The notes below the pieces were generated by a model. It searched no databases. It had not been told where the DNA came from and was given only the letters and a program-made list of their open reading frames with translations. A program made the position numbers and the translations under genes. From Amphiscolops sp. MND2022 (Eukaryota), in contig OZ076409.1 in the NCBI GenBank assembly GCA_964187785.1, forward strand, positions 97,528,001-97,592,000: a stretch of 64,000 nucleotides of DNA, read 5' to 3'. Positions 23,625-36,900 of the stretch are shown one piece after another. The first letter of the stretch is position 1, and each line of letters starts with the position of its first letter.

Positions 23625-25147
23625 TCATTAGAGAACTCTAGCCTTTGAGAAGCAAATTTGAAAGAGAATAGCATTCAGTCGTGTCTGAGCTAGGTCAAAA
23701 ATTGAGTTCTATCCCCCTCGTAAGTTCGTTCACATTTTTCAAACGTTGCAGGCACTTTTTTAAGGTGCAGTGATGTTATAAGAAGTTTTACAAAAATTTT
23801 CCTTGCGTGCAGTCTGAATTTTCTAGGTTTTATCAAAAATTTCCCTGCATGAAGGCCTGCAGCATGTAAAAAGTTCCAGCAGTCTCGACTAGGAAATACA
23901 AATGTATTAATATAATCTTGTACGGAACAACCCAAAACCCAACTTCGCGGCCAACTGTTATAAAGTACTCGGATTTAGTTACTAGTCGTGTAGAAAATCG
24001 ATTCAGGAAGTATGGTAAAATTATTGATGGTTTCAAATACAGACAAAGAAGAGTACAAACGAATTGTTCGTTCCAACATTATATTTTTTCCTCACACAAA
24101 AATATTGGACAAAAGATTCAAAAATTCTAATGTTAGCCAGCAACAAATAAGTCTACTTTTTATGAAACAAGTAGTGAATCAAAATTATAACAAAAACACG
24201 AAAAACAACGAGCAACATTTTTTACTGAATCAGCTGCAGAGGTGTAAAAAATTATATTGTATTGCAATATATTGCAATTAAATACAATTAATATATTTTA
24301 GTTGAAGCAAAAATACAATATATTTATTGAAATAAGGCAAATATTGTCAGAGCTCTACAATATATTGCGCGAAAAAATTATTGCAGAATAGAAATAAAAT
24401 TTCATTTAATATGCATTTTAAACGGACCAGAAGTGGAAGACTATTAAGGGAGAAATTCACTAAGCTGTTCGCTATGCATAATGCCCACGGCTGTTTGTCG
24501 TAGCCAAAACAACATTGGGATGTTTGCCTTGTACATGAATATTTCTCTGCCAATAAAATATTTCACAATCTATTGTTTTTCTAAAATATTGCAGGACAAT
24601 AAATACAATATATTTATTGCTGAAATTGAATCAAACAACAATTATTTTTTTGAAAAAATATATTTAAATACAATATTTCACACCCCGGATCAGCTGTGTA
24701 TTATAGCGAACAAAGAAATGCTTTTCGAGATTTGGAACATGCAGTTTTGTTCTGCCAAACCCCTCTTTGATAATGATTCTGAGTCCTTTCCGTTTTAGGC
24801 ATTTGAAGGGAATCCTAGCGGAAATCCATTCCCCGATAATTTCGGTTCAGAAATCCGAAGCTTGAAATTCTGGGTTCTGAAAAAGTTGCAACTGAACTGC
24901 TTTTCAATAAGCAGCAAAATGTAAATGCTGATTAACGTGAACTCTTTTGAGTAACAGTGCATTCACATGCGCCCTTTGTGTAGAAAACCTTTTCAAACCC
25001 AGTTGTTGGGTTGTTTTTAACAACACGATGGCATGTATCACTTTTCAAACGCTTTAGAAGAGACGCCATATTTAAATGTTGAAGTCAATTGAGTAATGGT
25101 TAACTTGAATTCAATAAGTCCTGTTGAATACAATGTAATTTTCAGAC

Positions 25148-26024
25148 GGTACTCCTGAGTCAGGGTTACCGAAAAAATTATTTCAACGAAAATAACTGCA
25201 ATAAAAAAATAATAATTTATTTTTGAGATGATGGAATAAAAATAATTTATTTTTCAATCTTGAAATACAAAATATTTATTTAACCGCCAAAATAATTTTG
25301 CAATAACGAATAGCGTCGTCAGCCAATAGAATTGCGTCGCATTAGTTAACACAAACTCATTTGCGACATGCATTGTCACCACTGCACGTGGAGGCCATTC
25401 AATTTCTTCATTATAACAGGGAACTCTGGTCGGCAGAAACTGTTTCAAAAGTCACTTAATTGCTATATATAACTCATATAATTGTAAAAAAGAATTGTGA
25501 AATTATTGCAATTATTGCAATATTTTATTTCCGAAACGAATGTTTTGCAATTATTTATTTTTGAGAATAGAAATAAAATAATTGTATTTTTGGCTAAAAT
25601 ATCAAAATAATATTTTCGGTAACCCTGCTCCTGACTAAGTATGGTCCCTACAAAATTTATGCAGCCGGCCTGAAAACTCCTGACTAAGTGTGGTCCCTAG
25701 CAAACATAGAAGAGCCAACGTAAAGCAAACATTACATGTAGTTCAGAACAGCAGAATTCAATTTACTAGCTTTTAGTGCTGTTACAGCCAATATGTATGG
25801 AACTTGATTTGAAGAGGTTAGCATATTTGCTGTATGGCTCGGTCGCTTCGCTCCCTTCGCCAAGTAGCAACATTGAGGCATGGCCATATGGCACTTCGCT
25901 TCGCTCCTGCATTTAGGGCACTAGGGTTATGTGAACATAGCTGACTACGTTATAATAATTATTCTGACAAAATATGCAGGGACACACACTTACACTATAG
26001 GGACCACACTTAGTCAGGAGTACC
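25148..26024. mobile_element. Merlin-like MITE (GG...CC termini, 8-bp TSD) with a nested MITE at 25161-25627
   Basis: TIR GGTACTCCTGACTAAGTxTGGTCCCTA; TSD TTTCAGAC at 25140-25147 and 26025-26032. The inner element CAGGGTTACCGAAAA...TTTTCGGTAACCCTG splits the left TIR. Confidence 0.8.
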
Positions 26025-27297
26025 TTTCAGACAATTAAATACTTGTAATTAAACTCAAGGCATCAATTAAGTGCTTAAGTATGTGCAGAGTTGGAATTAA
26101 TTCACGCTGTGAAATTGCGTGCAATGCCGTGAATTTTAGCCAATCCGAATGAAATTTCCGCCAATGCATAAAATGTTCCAATCAGCTGTTAGAATAACGT
26201 TTCAGTGAACATCCAACCAAAATCAAGCATAATAGGTAACAAAAAAGAATAGTGAATTGAACGGTGAATTAGTAACATTCACTACTAGTCCGCTCCCTGA
26301 TTTGAATACAATATTTTACATCCCTGACTAGACCCGGCAGAAATTCACAAGCGTGGATATAAGTGAACTTCAAATTTCGTTTTCCGTGAGTAGTTGAAGA
26401 GTTTATCCATTCAGTTTTGAGCGAGGTCGGAAGGAAAATATTTTAGGCGATGCCGGGGCTCGATCCCCGATCTCCGGGGTCGCAGTCAGACAGCTTACCA
26501 TTGCACCAAGAAAACATGAGATGAAAACCAAGAAAACATACTTTGATGTAGCGTGAAACTTTTCAATCTATTGATGAAACTGTCATGAAAAATGTTTTTA
26601 ATTTCCAAACGAATCTTCTGTTATCATAAATTCCTCGAAACAACCTCAATTATAAATTTTGAAATATCATAGGAAACATTCAAAGTTTGAACTAAAGGCT
26701 TTGTTACCTGCATAACGAATAGACGCTTTCAATTGACTCAAGAACAGACAATTCTGTTTTTAGTACAATGAAAATTATCCAAAATACAAGCTGGCTGGAG
26801 TCAATTTTAGCCATGAAAAAAGCTGAATAAAGACACGGCGTGCTGGTAATGACACAAAAGTACACTTCCCCAAAGGGGGGGGGGTGTTTCAAATTTTTCC
26901 CCCCGATAAATACAAAGAACAAAATGTTCTAAACAAAAAAAACATGTTTCTTTTAAAATTTTTTCATTACAAGTTTAAAATCAACACTTGAAAAACATAA
27001 ATTATGGACAACATGCTAGTTTAAAGAAGTTTTTTGTTCCTCAGTTCTAATAATCCAGCTACGCAGAAAAATTGGAAGCAGTGAAACAACACTACTTTGA
27101 AATTTGGGCGGAAATTCAAGTAGCATTCAACAACTATTTTTCTAGGGTTTTTCAAGGTTAAGGAAAATAAATGATCATTTTGCTAAAATTAGCTTCGATG
27201 CGTCTTCTATCGTTGTCGGATTACAAATCTGCAAAACTTGAATGATTGACTCTTGTAAGCACCACCAACAAGTTTGTTTTTCGGATCTCATTCGAAG

Positions 27298-27664
27298 CAG
27301 GGTTTTGACAACGCTGTTTTTTTCGCTAATCGCTAAAACCGCTTATTTCAAATTCGCTATTTCACAGAAAAAGTTTTTCTTCAAACTATATTCAATACTC
27401 AGCTTCGAGTATATTTAAAATTGAATGATAACTTAATTTAGTTTTTGCCAGAGAAAAACTGGAATCTTTCATGCTGCGTGGGTTTTACAAAGATGAAATT
27501 CGGAAGCTTCCAAATTCATTTTCAAACCCGTTTTCACTCCGAGGAAGTTTTGATTTTGGACGGTCTATTAGCTGCCGCTAACTTGAATAGTTCATGAAAT
27601 TGCCGGAAATTTCTGGCGCGACCGCTAATTGGCTAAATCGCTAATTAGCGGTGTCAAAACTCTG
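27298..27664. mobile_element. hAT-like MITE
   Basis: CAGGGTTTTGACA...TGTCAAAACTCTG; TSD ATTCGAAG / ATTCGGAG. Confidence 0.7.
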
Positions 27665-27812
27665 ATTCGGAGTGTTTGAAAAACTATCAAATCACCATAG
27701 CTTTGGATGAAAAGTTCATAGGTTTACAAAAATAAATGAATTAAATTTAGGATAAGATAAATACAAGGAGTAACAAGAATATAATATTGTAATAGCAACA
27801 ATAACGAGTTCA

Positions 27813-27920
27813 TTAACAAGAACAGGCGTCAGAATCAACCAACCACTCAGTGTCGTTATCCGAACCAGAGACCAACGACACCGGAAGTTCGTTTGTAACT
27901 TCTTGATCAAACAGCACTCG
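27813..27920 (-). CDS. PGLS: PGLS terminal exon ([17 protein letters not shown]...[11 protein letters not shown])
   Basis: Acceptor cgtttcag; LP..LV and W.vD C-terminal pattern; TAA stop. Confidence 0.85.
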   Translation of the reverse strand, partial: RVLFDQEVTNELPVSLVSGSDNDTEWLVDSDACSC

Positions 27921-30900
27921 CTGAAACGATTCACACAGCTTGTACTACGCCGTTTTCTGGTCATTTTTGGACTAATTTTGGCCATGTTTCTCAGATTCCA
28001 GTCATACAATTTTGATGTCACTCCGCAATCAAGGGCACCTTTCGATGTAGAATGACTGACTGAATTTTGGAAAATCGTTCATTTATATCAATTTAAACAA
28101 GCCGGGACCGGCCCAAGTCGGCGCCATATCAAAGTTTCAAAGTATTCTCTTCTACAGCACTAAATTTTTTTGAAAAGTCTCACAACGCCGAAAAAATTGA
28201 AAAGGGGGACCCTTTGGAATTTTTCTATACCCAGTCTGTCGCAAAACCCAAAAAAATTGAAGCGGGGACCCTTTGGGAAAATTTTTTTTCCCGGAAAAAA
28301 GTCTCGCAATGCCGAAAAAACTGAAAGGGGGACCCTTTGGTCTCGTCCGGCATTGTATGTTATGCGGGAAACTTTTTGGTTCTGTTCCCTGGGCCAACAG
28401 GTGAAATTTGAAATTTTGTAGAACTTTTGGTAGAACTATTTTGGTCAGTTCAGGTGGTCTTAAAAAACACTGACGAAAAGCCATGACTATAGTCGACTCT
28501 TTTCTCTACAAAAGCGCCGACTAAAAATGGACAGTTTTTGAGAAATTTGACGTTTTCATTGAAAGGTCGGGAGAAAAAAGGTGCGATTGCATAAGTAGTC
28601 GGCAATTTTTTCCGACTCCTAAAAATTGAATCCATTGATAATAAAACCACTCAATGGATCTGGTAAATTTGTCATTGTTAATTAAATAACTCAAACCAAT
28701 TGAAAGAATCCATTTAAATTCCCTCAAATGAAAAAGATCCTTGGGTTTACAGATATGTATTCCTTCAACAAGTCTGTTGTGAGAAGCCCCAACTAAAAGT
28801 AAGTGGAAATTGCTTGGATGTAATACGGTTCTTCTTAGGTCAATAAATGGCTTGGAAAGTCCGCCGTCAGAAGAACTTCGAAGGGATATGATGTTCCTTT
28901 GTATAAACTTCAAAGGGTTACATTTTCCCTTGGAAGAGGTCATAAAGTTGACCTTCGATAATTATGATAACGACCAACAAGACGGGACCGAGAATGACGA
29001 AAATGATTTTTTTTTCGTTATTTCGTTCATTTTTGTATCTTTGTTGCACTGCAGAGATGTCCCTGCAGCTTGTTGTAGAAGCTTCTTTTCTACTTAGGAT
29101 TCCTAGTGACTGTTAATGGAGATTGAAACAATTCCATCGGGGTATCTGTTGACAGTTACGACTAGTTTTGGGCTTCTAAGAAAAAGTGGATTCTGCAATG
29201 TTTGTTTATTCAAGGGATCAAAAATACGACAGTGCCAATACGCCGCTTGTTAGTCTGACTGATAGCATTACGATACATATGCCGCAAAAGTGAACTTTAT
29301 CATCCAGTGTAAAGTGTATTTTCCGTAAAACGAGGACGAACCGTATTCTAATCGAATATTGCACTGTGTTCATCGCAGATTGTGATGCACGGTGTAATAA
29401 GAAACTGCGCATGGTAAACATACAATAGTGTGAGAAATAAACTGAACCTTTATTTGTAAAAAAAAGAATTGGACCAAAACAAAACTAGCTCTGATATCTG
29501 CCATCATCCAAGTTATTTGAAAATCAAATAAACGAACATTCTAGAATTTTCTTGGGCACTTGAAATGAAATATAGGTTTGCAACTAATGAAGAAACTTCC
29601 TAATTTCATTTTTCATTGATTGTATTTACTACTGAATTGGCATATGGGACATCATTTTGGACAATTTTGTAACATTTGGCACCTAATTTGGAACTTTTGT
29701 TCATTTGGCAGGTACTTCTTCATTTACTGAAGCTATTCAACTATTTTACATAAAAATAATTGGTATTATGTAGTTTTTGAAAGGGGTTTCTATCATTTCA
29801 TTTTATTTACTATCTTAATACGTGAGACACAGCAATTCTTTGAAATAATAACGCGTTTTTATTGGCTGTTAATCGAACTAGCAAGATCTTGCTAGTTCGT
29901 TGCGGCATATGTATCGTAATGAGAAAAACATAGACGCCCGAGGCGTGTAGAAAAAAATCATCACATTTCTTCGAAATGAATAAAACGTTCAATCAGATCC
30001 CTTATTCTTGCTAAAATTCTCAATTTTGCAAGCACCAAAGGATCCCCCTTTGCCCCTACGCTAGCTTGGCTTTGGTTTGATACAATTGAAGTTGAGAAAC
30101 ATTCAAGAAAAATAACTTAGTCAGTGATGTCGCACTAAAAACGCTCTTTAACCTGTCGAAAAAATTTTTTCGAAAACTTTGCGGAACGAGCGTTCTCAAC
30201 ATGGTACAAATGCCCCCCCTTTGCCCTTATACCAGCGAGGTTCAATTTTGAAAGCAAAAATTCGGGAAATTTTTGAAAAGTCGCACGAAAAAGCGTTTAT
30301 ACCGGAAAAAATATTTTTAAAAAGTAACCCGAAGAGAACTTCAAAAAACATAAAAAAATTTCTGAGTTCTAAAAATACCAACTTTGACTATGGACGCCTT
30401 GGCAGCTCCGGTTGCTATCACCAGTTTTTTCTTCGCTCTTCTCACAGAGGACAAACTCAAAGTTACTCTCTCAGGAGGTGGTTTCGGTGAGTCCGAAATA
30501 CTGAGTATGCCTTCTTTTGGTACCTGCAACAACACAATCGCTTGAACTATCAGATAATTGCAACAGACCCGACCGACCCATTGCAACAATTTTCTATTCA
30601 CAAGGGAGTCTTAACTGAAGGAAGGAGTTCTGAAGCTGAATGAATAGCTGTAACAATCAACATATACTTCACAACATAACCACTAGGACTGTGACCATTA
30701 GATGTGTAAACCTGACCTGACCTGTTTTCAATTTTTTAAATTCTATCCTGTTTTTAACCTGAGTTAACCTGCACGCAAAACAAGTGAGGTTGAAGTATTA
30801 TATTGTCCAATTTCTTGATCAACATAAAATCTCAATATTTTCATCACTCAATGAGCATCTTTGTTTATTACCAACAAATCCAGTTGTAGAGAAAAGTCTT

Positions 30901-33900
30901 TCCGATGGAACACTTGTACCTGGTACGTTAAGAAGCCGTCTTGCCAATTTTGCTAGGCTTGGATAAAGTTTTTCATTCATGTGCCAAAATTCTAGTGGAT
31001 CCGCCTTTATATTCTGCTTTACTTTGCGATACCGGTCAACTTTTTCATATAGAGCCTCAACATCATCAACGTAATCATTTTGCTCCCAGTCATGAACTTG
31101 AACATCATCCTCAATATCAGTAGGCTCAACATTCCGGGACTCCTCTTCACAAAGAGTTTCAATCAACTTCCATACGTTTGCACGAGTCTCTTTATCGAAA
31201 TATGAAAGATTTGTGAAACGAATATGTAGAGCTGTAGCTACACGCGCAAAATTCAATGCCTTCTCATTTGATATAAGAACTCTACGGTTGAAACAATTGG
31301 CAATTTGAGTTTTCAGCTCTTTGATGCACGTGAATAACGGCGAGAGAGAAAACGCCGTCTGATTGCCTGATCAGTGTATACCTTTTCTTTCTGTGAGTAC
31401 AACGCCGGCGGCGCGACACATTGCATGAACGCATGATTAATCTGGAGTTACCATATATGGAGGCGAGTAAAAGTGTAGCGAGGCTGAGGAAAAGTGAGCC
31501 GAGTAATACTGTAACTTCTGCTCATTTGTGAACGTTCACTACATACATATGAACTACTTGTACTACATCAGAGATGTTACTTCAGTGCGGGGATTTTCAC
31601 GGAATTATGCGATGCGGTATGCGGAATTTTTATTGAAATTATAGGCTAAAAATCGTACATAAATGTGAAATATGCGCTAATCAGAGGAAGTATGCGAGGA
31701 AAAATAAGTTCGTCAAAACTGAAATTCAACTCAATCTGCAGAATAATAGGCTTTTCGGCAAAAAAGTCTTAGTTTTGAAACATTTTTGCGCGTGTTTGGG
31801 CATCCACAGACGAAGAATGATCTCTTTTTCGTTTCTTTGTTTTCTCCAGTAAAAGAAATGACCGATTGTAACCTCTTACAGGGATGGGCATAATTAATTC
31901 CTAAAAAGAATTACCAGAATCATTCATTTTTGAATAATAGCTTATATTTTGGTTTACATTTCTCAGAAATATGCGGCAACACTTGGCAATATAACGCAAT
32001 TATGCGGCAATTTGTGCGCGACAAAAATTACGTCAGATTATGCGGAGTGGTGCGGAATTATGCGCCGCATAACTTCTCTGGTACTACATACATATGAACT
32101 GTAGTCCTGTACGCGTTATAGATTTTGTTACATGCATTTTGTAACAGGTTAACTGGTGTGAAAAAATTAACCTTTAATATCCTGCATTATGACAATGCCG
32201 GTTTCACCTGTCCATATTAACCTGGCCTGTTTCTCAGCGCTAATAACCACAAGATATGCTGTTGTTATTCAAGAAAATCAAGCCCACATTGAATGAGGGT
32301 GGAAAATCATAAACTGAGTTGCGTTTTTTCCAAACACTGCCAAAACTCCGCTTTATTACCCATTTAGTAAATTCTAGTCACCATGGCGCAGTTGGTAGTG
32401 AGTTTCATTTTAATGCTATTTGAAAATTTAGTTTTTATTATTATTTGCTCTTACGATACTAGGGAATCCACCCAATTAAACGGCGACAATTAATGAGGTG
32501 GGTAGGAAGTGTAATGTTCACCTGTAGAAGAGAATGATTGGGAAACAAAGAACAGGTGTGCCCATCGGGTCCGATTCCCAGCAGAGCGAGATCCAGTTGC
32601 AGAGATCCCCCAGTGGCCTGTCTCAGTTTGACCTCGTAGTCAGCTGCACAGGCTTCTAGGGACAGGGTGGGGTCAATTGGAATCATGTGTTCTAACAATT
32701 TGGAGCCGGCCCACACTTTCTGAAACGATCACTTGTTTCTTTGTGGTGAACGAACTGAACTCCATACGGGTACTTAAACCCAAAAACGAGAGTCTAGCTT
32801 TATTCAGAAAGGCTATGTTCATTTGTTTGAAGTATCACTTATGGGCTTGGACAAGCCGATATCAGTGTTTTTCATTCAATTCTCCGCCTTCCCCTCAATA
32901 AAAACAATTCACTCCGAATATGTCGCCAAAATTCGGCTATAGCGCAATACTTTTGAACCTGCACCTCTTTAGTGAAACGCAACTTCGTATATAACGTCAA
33001 AAATTCGGATATGACGTGCTTGCCACAAGGCCAAGTGGCAGAAGTTACTAAAATCTATTCTAATTATTAATTAAATCTGACACTTCGTAAGCGCTGACTA
33101 AAATGAGAATGGTAGCAAGCCAGTTGAATGTAGCAAAGTGTTTTCGGCATCATTAGCAATTAAATTGATATCGAGTACAGATTAAAATTTATTCTTGTAA
33201 CTTTAGTTATGACACGCTAAAAAATTAACCAGCCAAGAACAGCTCAAAGTCCGCACCAGTACGGGAAAAAATGGGAAAACAACTGCCCTATCCGCTTTCG
33301 GCGCGTTCGTGTCTTTCGGACGATTCTAGTCTTAACCAAAGATAATTTCAAATTTATTTCAGATCGATCATAGATGTACCTATACAATAACAAAAGAACA
33401 AAAAGATGAAGATAGCTAATACCGCGAGGTAAAGCTTTGAGAGCGCATTGCTTTTGGACTATACCGAATCTCAGAACCCGGTTTTCCGAACTCTGGGCAG
33501 AATTTCAACGAATTTCACGAAAAAGGTTTTGAGGGAATATCGATTTTTTCGCACCCGTCTAAGGCTCAAAAAGCTCAGTCTCATCAAAGTTCACAAGATG
33601 GGTTTTCATAAATTGCAGATTGCCAAAATAGGCCCCTCCGGGGCTCAGTACTATTTCTGCTTTAATCTTTATTTTTTTTGAAACAAAAAAATTCATTAAA
33701 AAAAGAATCATATCTGGAATACCAATACACTCTTGTTTAATCATTATTTAGGCACAATTACATGTAATCACTGTACAAGTTTACACCGCCTTTAATTCTT
33801 CTCGGACTACAGAAAATATAACTACTAAGCGTAGACGAAGTTTCGCATTCGCATTTGAATGCAGGCGAAGCTCTCCGAGAACGAATAATAAACACTCATT

Positions 33901-36900
33901 CGCTTCATCTCAATAACTCGGGGCAACGAAAGCACAATTACGAACATTCGCTCGCTTCATCTCAATGACGTCAGCATACGAATGGATAATTACCACTCGC
34001 TCGTTCCATCGCACTAGAATTGAATTTAAATCTCTCGCTTACACTCACTGCCGAACAAAATATCTGAATTATTCAGATCGTCCGAAAAATTGTTCTGAAA
34101 AAAAGTAGACGCTTCCAGATTTCAATAAAATTCCTGCTAAAGCAGAAATATTAAAAATAGTGGAAAAATCAATTTTCGAAAAAAAATCCCTCGAAAAAAG
34201 TAGCTTATTACCGAAAAATCCAAAGGGGTATCCGTTAGAATCTAAGAACATCATGTTTTCCTGAATGAAATTATGAATAAAAAATTAGAGGGACCCTTTG
34301 ATGAAAAAAAGTTGCAGAGTAGTAAAAAGTCGCAGTTTTTGATCTTATCAAGATTTGCGAACATAAAAAATTTGTCGTGGGTAGGTTTGAACCCACAACA
34401 TTCTAAGCAGGCATTCTAAGCACTAGTCCAAGTGGTGGCCAAGCGGAAAGAACAAAAACTTTCAAAAAAGGTCCATTCAGTGTGAGGCCTGAATTCTGAG
34501 ACAAACAAGACGAGAACGTCTAAAGTCGGCGCCATATCTAAGGCTCAAAAAGCGCAAAACATTTTTTTGGAGAAAAACTTGAAATTTTTTTTCTTTCAAA
34601 AAAAGTCGCATAATGCCAAAAAATGTTTTGCGCTTCCGGATTTATTAACATACATTCCGTTGCAAAATATCAAACATACATTCCGTTGCAAAATATCAAA
34701 AAACTCGAAGGGGGGACCTTTATGCACGTCCGGTTTTGTAGGTCACGTTTGAAAAGTAAAAAACCAAAGGGGGGACCTTAAGGGAAAAGGCGGCGACTAA
34801 AAAACAGTCACTGCAATAGTCGGGCATTTTTCCTTAAAAGGATAAAGCGCCGACTAAAAACTTGCCACTGTCACAAACGCGCCAACTAAAAAAACAAATT
34901 GTTCGTAACTTTTAATGCCACCTCAAGTTAGTAAAATCGTTATTAAATTATTTAAACTTTCATAAAGCTTTTTTCGAGAATTACAGCAAAATGGTTATGA
35001 AATGGGATTACTTCAAACTTTATTCAGTGAAAGCATTAATTTGACTGAGTTACAACTGCTGTGGTTGTTTAATTTTTAGTTTTCCAAATCTTCTTCATGA
35101 GATATGAGAAACTCAAACAAGACGGGAACGTCTAAAATCGGCGCTATATCTAAGGCTCAAAAAAGCGCATTTAAAAAAAAATTTGTTAAAGGGGGGACCC
35201 TTTCGACTTTTTGAAAATCCAGTCTGTTGCAAAATATCAAAAAGTTGAGGAGGGACCCTTTGGAGACATTTAAAAAATAAATTTTTTTTTTGGAAAAATT
35301 TTCGAAAGAAAACGAAAAATGAGATTTTTGAAACAGTCTCATGGTGCCAAAAAACTAGAAAGGGGGGACACTTTGGGCTTTTTGAAACTTCAGTTTGCTG
35401 CAAAATATCAAAAAACTTGAAGGGGGAGCCTTTGGCGACAAAAAAAAATTCGAAAAAAAGTCGCACAGTGCCGAAAAAATAGAGTCGCACAGTGCCGAAA
35501 AAAATGCTCGAGAAAGTTTCTGGCTAAAGCAAGGACTCGAACCCGTGACCGCTGGGTTCACCGTAAACCGAGTACTGACGAGTACATGTGAGCGAGAGTG
35601 AAGTCTGTAAAAAGTGGTACATACGCGATGAGGTCTGTGGTCTGACGAAAAAAAAAGGAAAAAAAAAGAACTAGCCACTGTAAGAGTCGGGCACTTTTCC
35701 CTAGAAAGCGCCGACTAAAAACAACGAAAAAGTACAGTGATTCAAGTTCCATAATTTTCCTTCGGTAACAAAAGTTTTCGCTTTCAAAGATGCATTTTCT
35801 GTGAAGATTTTCTGAAACTTATTGCGCATTGAGATCTTTCACCTTGGGAAATCGAGTTTTTGGGTAGCTTTTCGGTACCCCAATGTTTACTACAACCGAC
35901 GACGTCTCACCTGATATTGACCATACGTGGACTCTTTGTTCTCATAGTCAACTTTCCTCTCATCGCAGAGAAGCACCCGAACTTTTCCCTGCTCCACCGC
36001 CAGTTGTATAGAAGCGTCCTTTTCTAGCTGCTCTGAAAAGAGAAAGAGGAGGCGGTTGTCTTTATACAATCTAGCTACCCCAGTCGAGATTGCTTGAACC
36101 AGGGTGGGCAGTTTTTTCAACAAAGCCGGGAACGGCCCAAGTCGGCGCCATATCTAAGGCTCAAAAATAACAAAAGTACTTCAAAGTGTCAAGTATTCTC
36201 TTCTACAGTACCCGTTTGAGGAAAAATTGAAAAAAAATCCGATTTTTTTGGAATTTTTTTGAAAGCCGATTTTTTTGAAAAATCAGATTTTTTGAAAAAA
36301 ATTTGGTCATGGCGGGACTCGAACCCATGTCATTCTGCTTGTCAGACCTCGAAAAAGCCGTAGTGGCCAAGTGGCAGTGAAGTAGTGTGACACAGTTTAC
36401 AGTTTAGTTAGTGCCGGTTTAGTGCCAACTTATAAAATTTATAAAATCTGTCAGTTCGTTGGTCTTAAAAAAAAGTCACTACTATAGTCTGCGTTTTTCT
36501 TCGAAAAGCGCCGACTAAAAAGCGATCCAATTAAAATCATAGAAATTTACGCTTTTTCACTAGAAAAGGTACCTAACGTTTCTTCAAAAAACATGTTTTA
36601 GTAACCATAAATCATAATAGGGACAAAATGTTGAACAGAATATCTGAGATATGTATAAACATAAGCATTCAAAACTTATTGCGTAACGAAAGAGTCAATG
36701 ATATTTCCAGATACGTTGCTGTGTCCACTTTGGGCACTTAACTCAGCACTTGATCTCTTATAGCGTAAAAAAGCGACCAGGTCGCCCTTTATTTTTTTAC
36801 ATGCTGCATGGAGTCATGCAGGCTATTTTTAGTCGGCTACTTTTCCTCAAGGAAAAAAAGTCCGACTATTACAGTGGGTAGTTTTTAGTCGGCGCTTCAT

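Larger units (their letters stand above)
30684..32242 (-). mobile_element. Internally deleted hAT transposon in PGLS intron 3
   Basis: Perfect 8-bp TSD ATAACCAC (30676-30683 / 32243-32250); imperfect TIRs TAGGACTGTGA / TAGCGCTGAGA; contains a hAT dimerisation-domain ORF. Confidence 0.85.

Noticed and set aside
28521..29200. 140-aa minus-strand ORF faintly resembling a Penelope GIY-YIG C-terminus (NFHLL…RLVEGIHI)
   Set aside because: No GIY/YIG or RT motif is visible; too weak without an HMM search.
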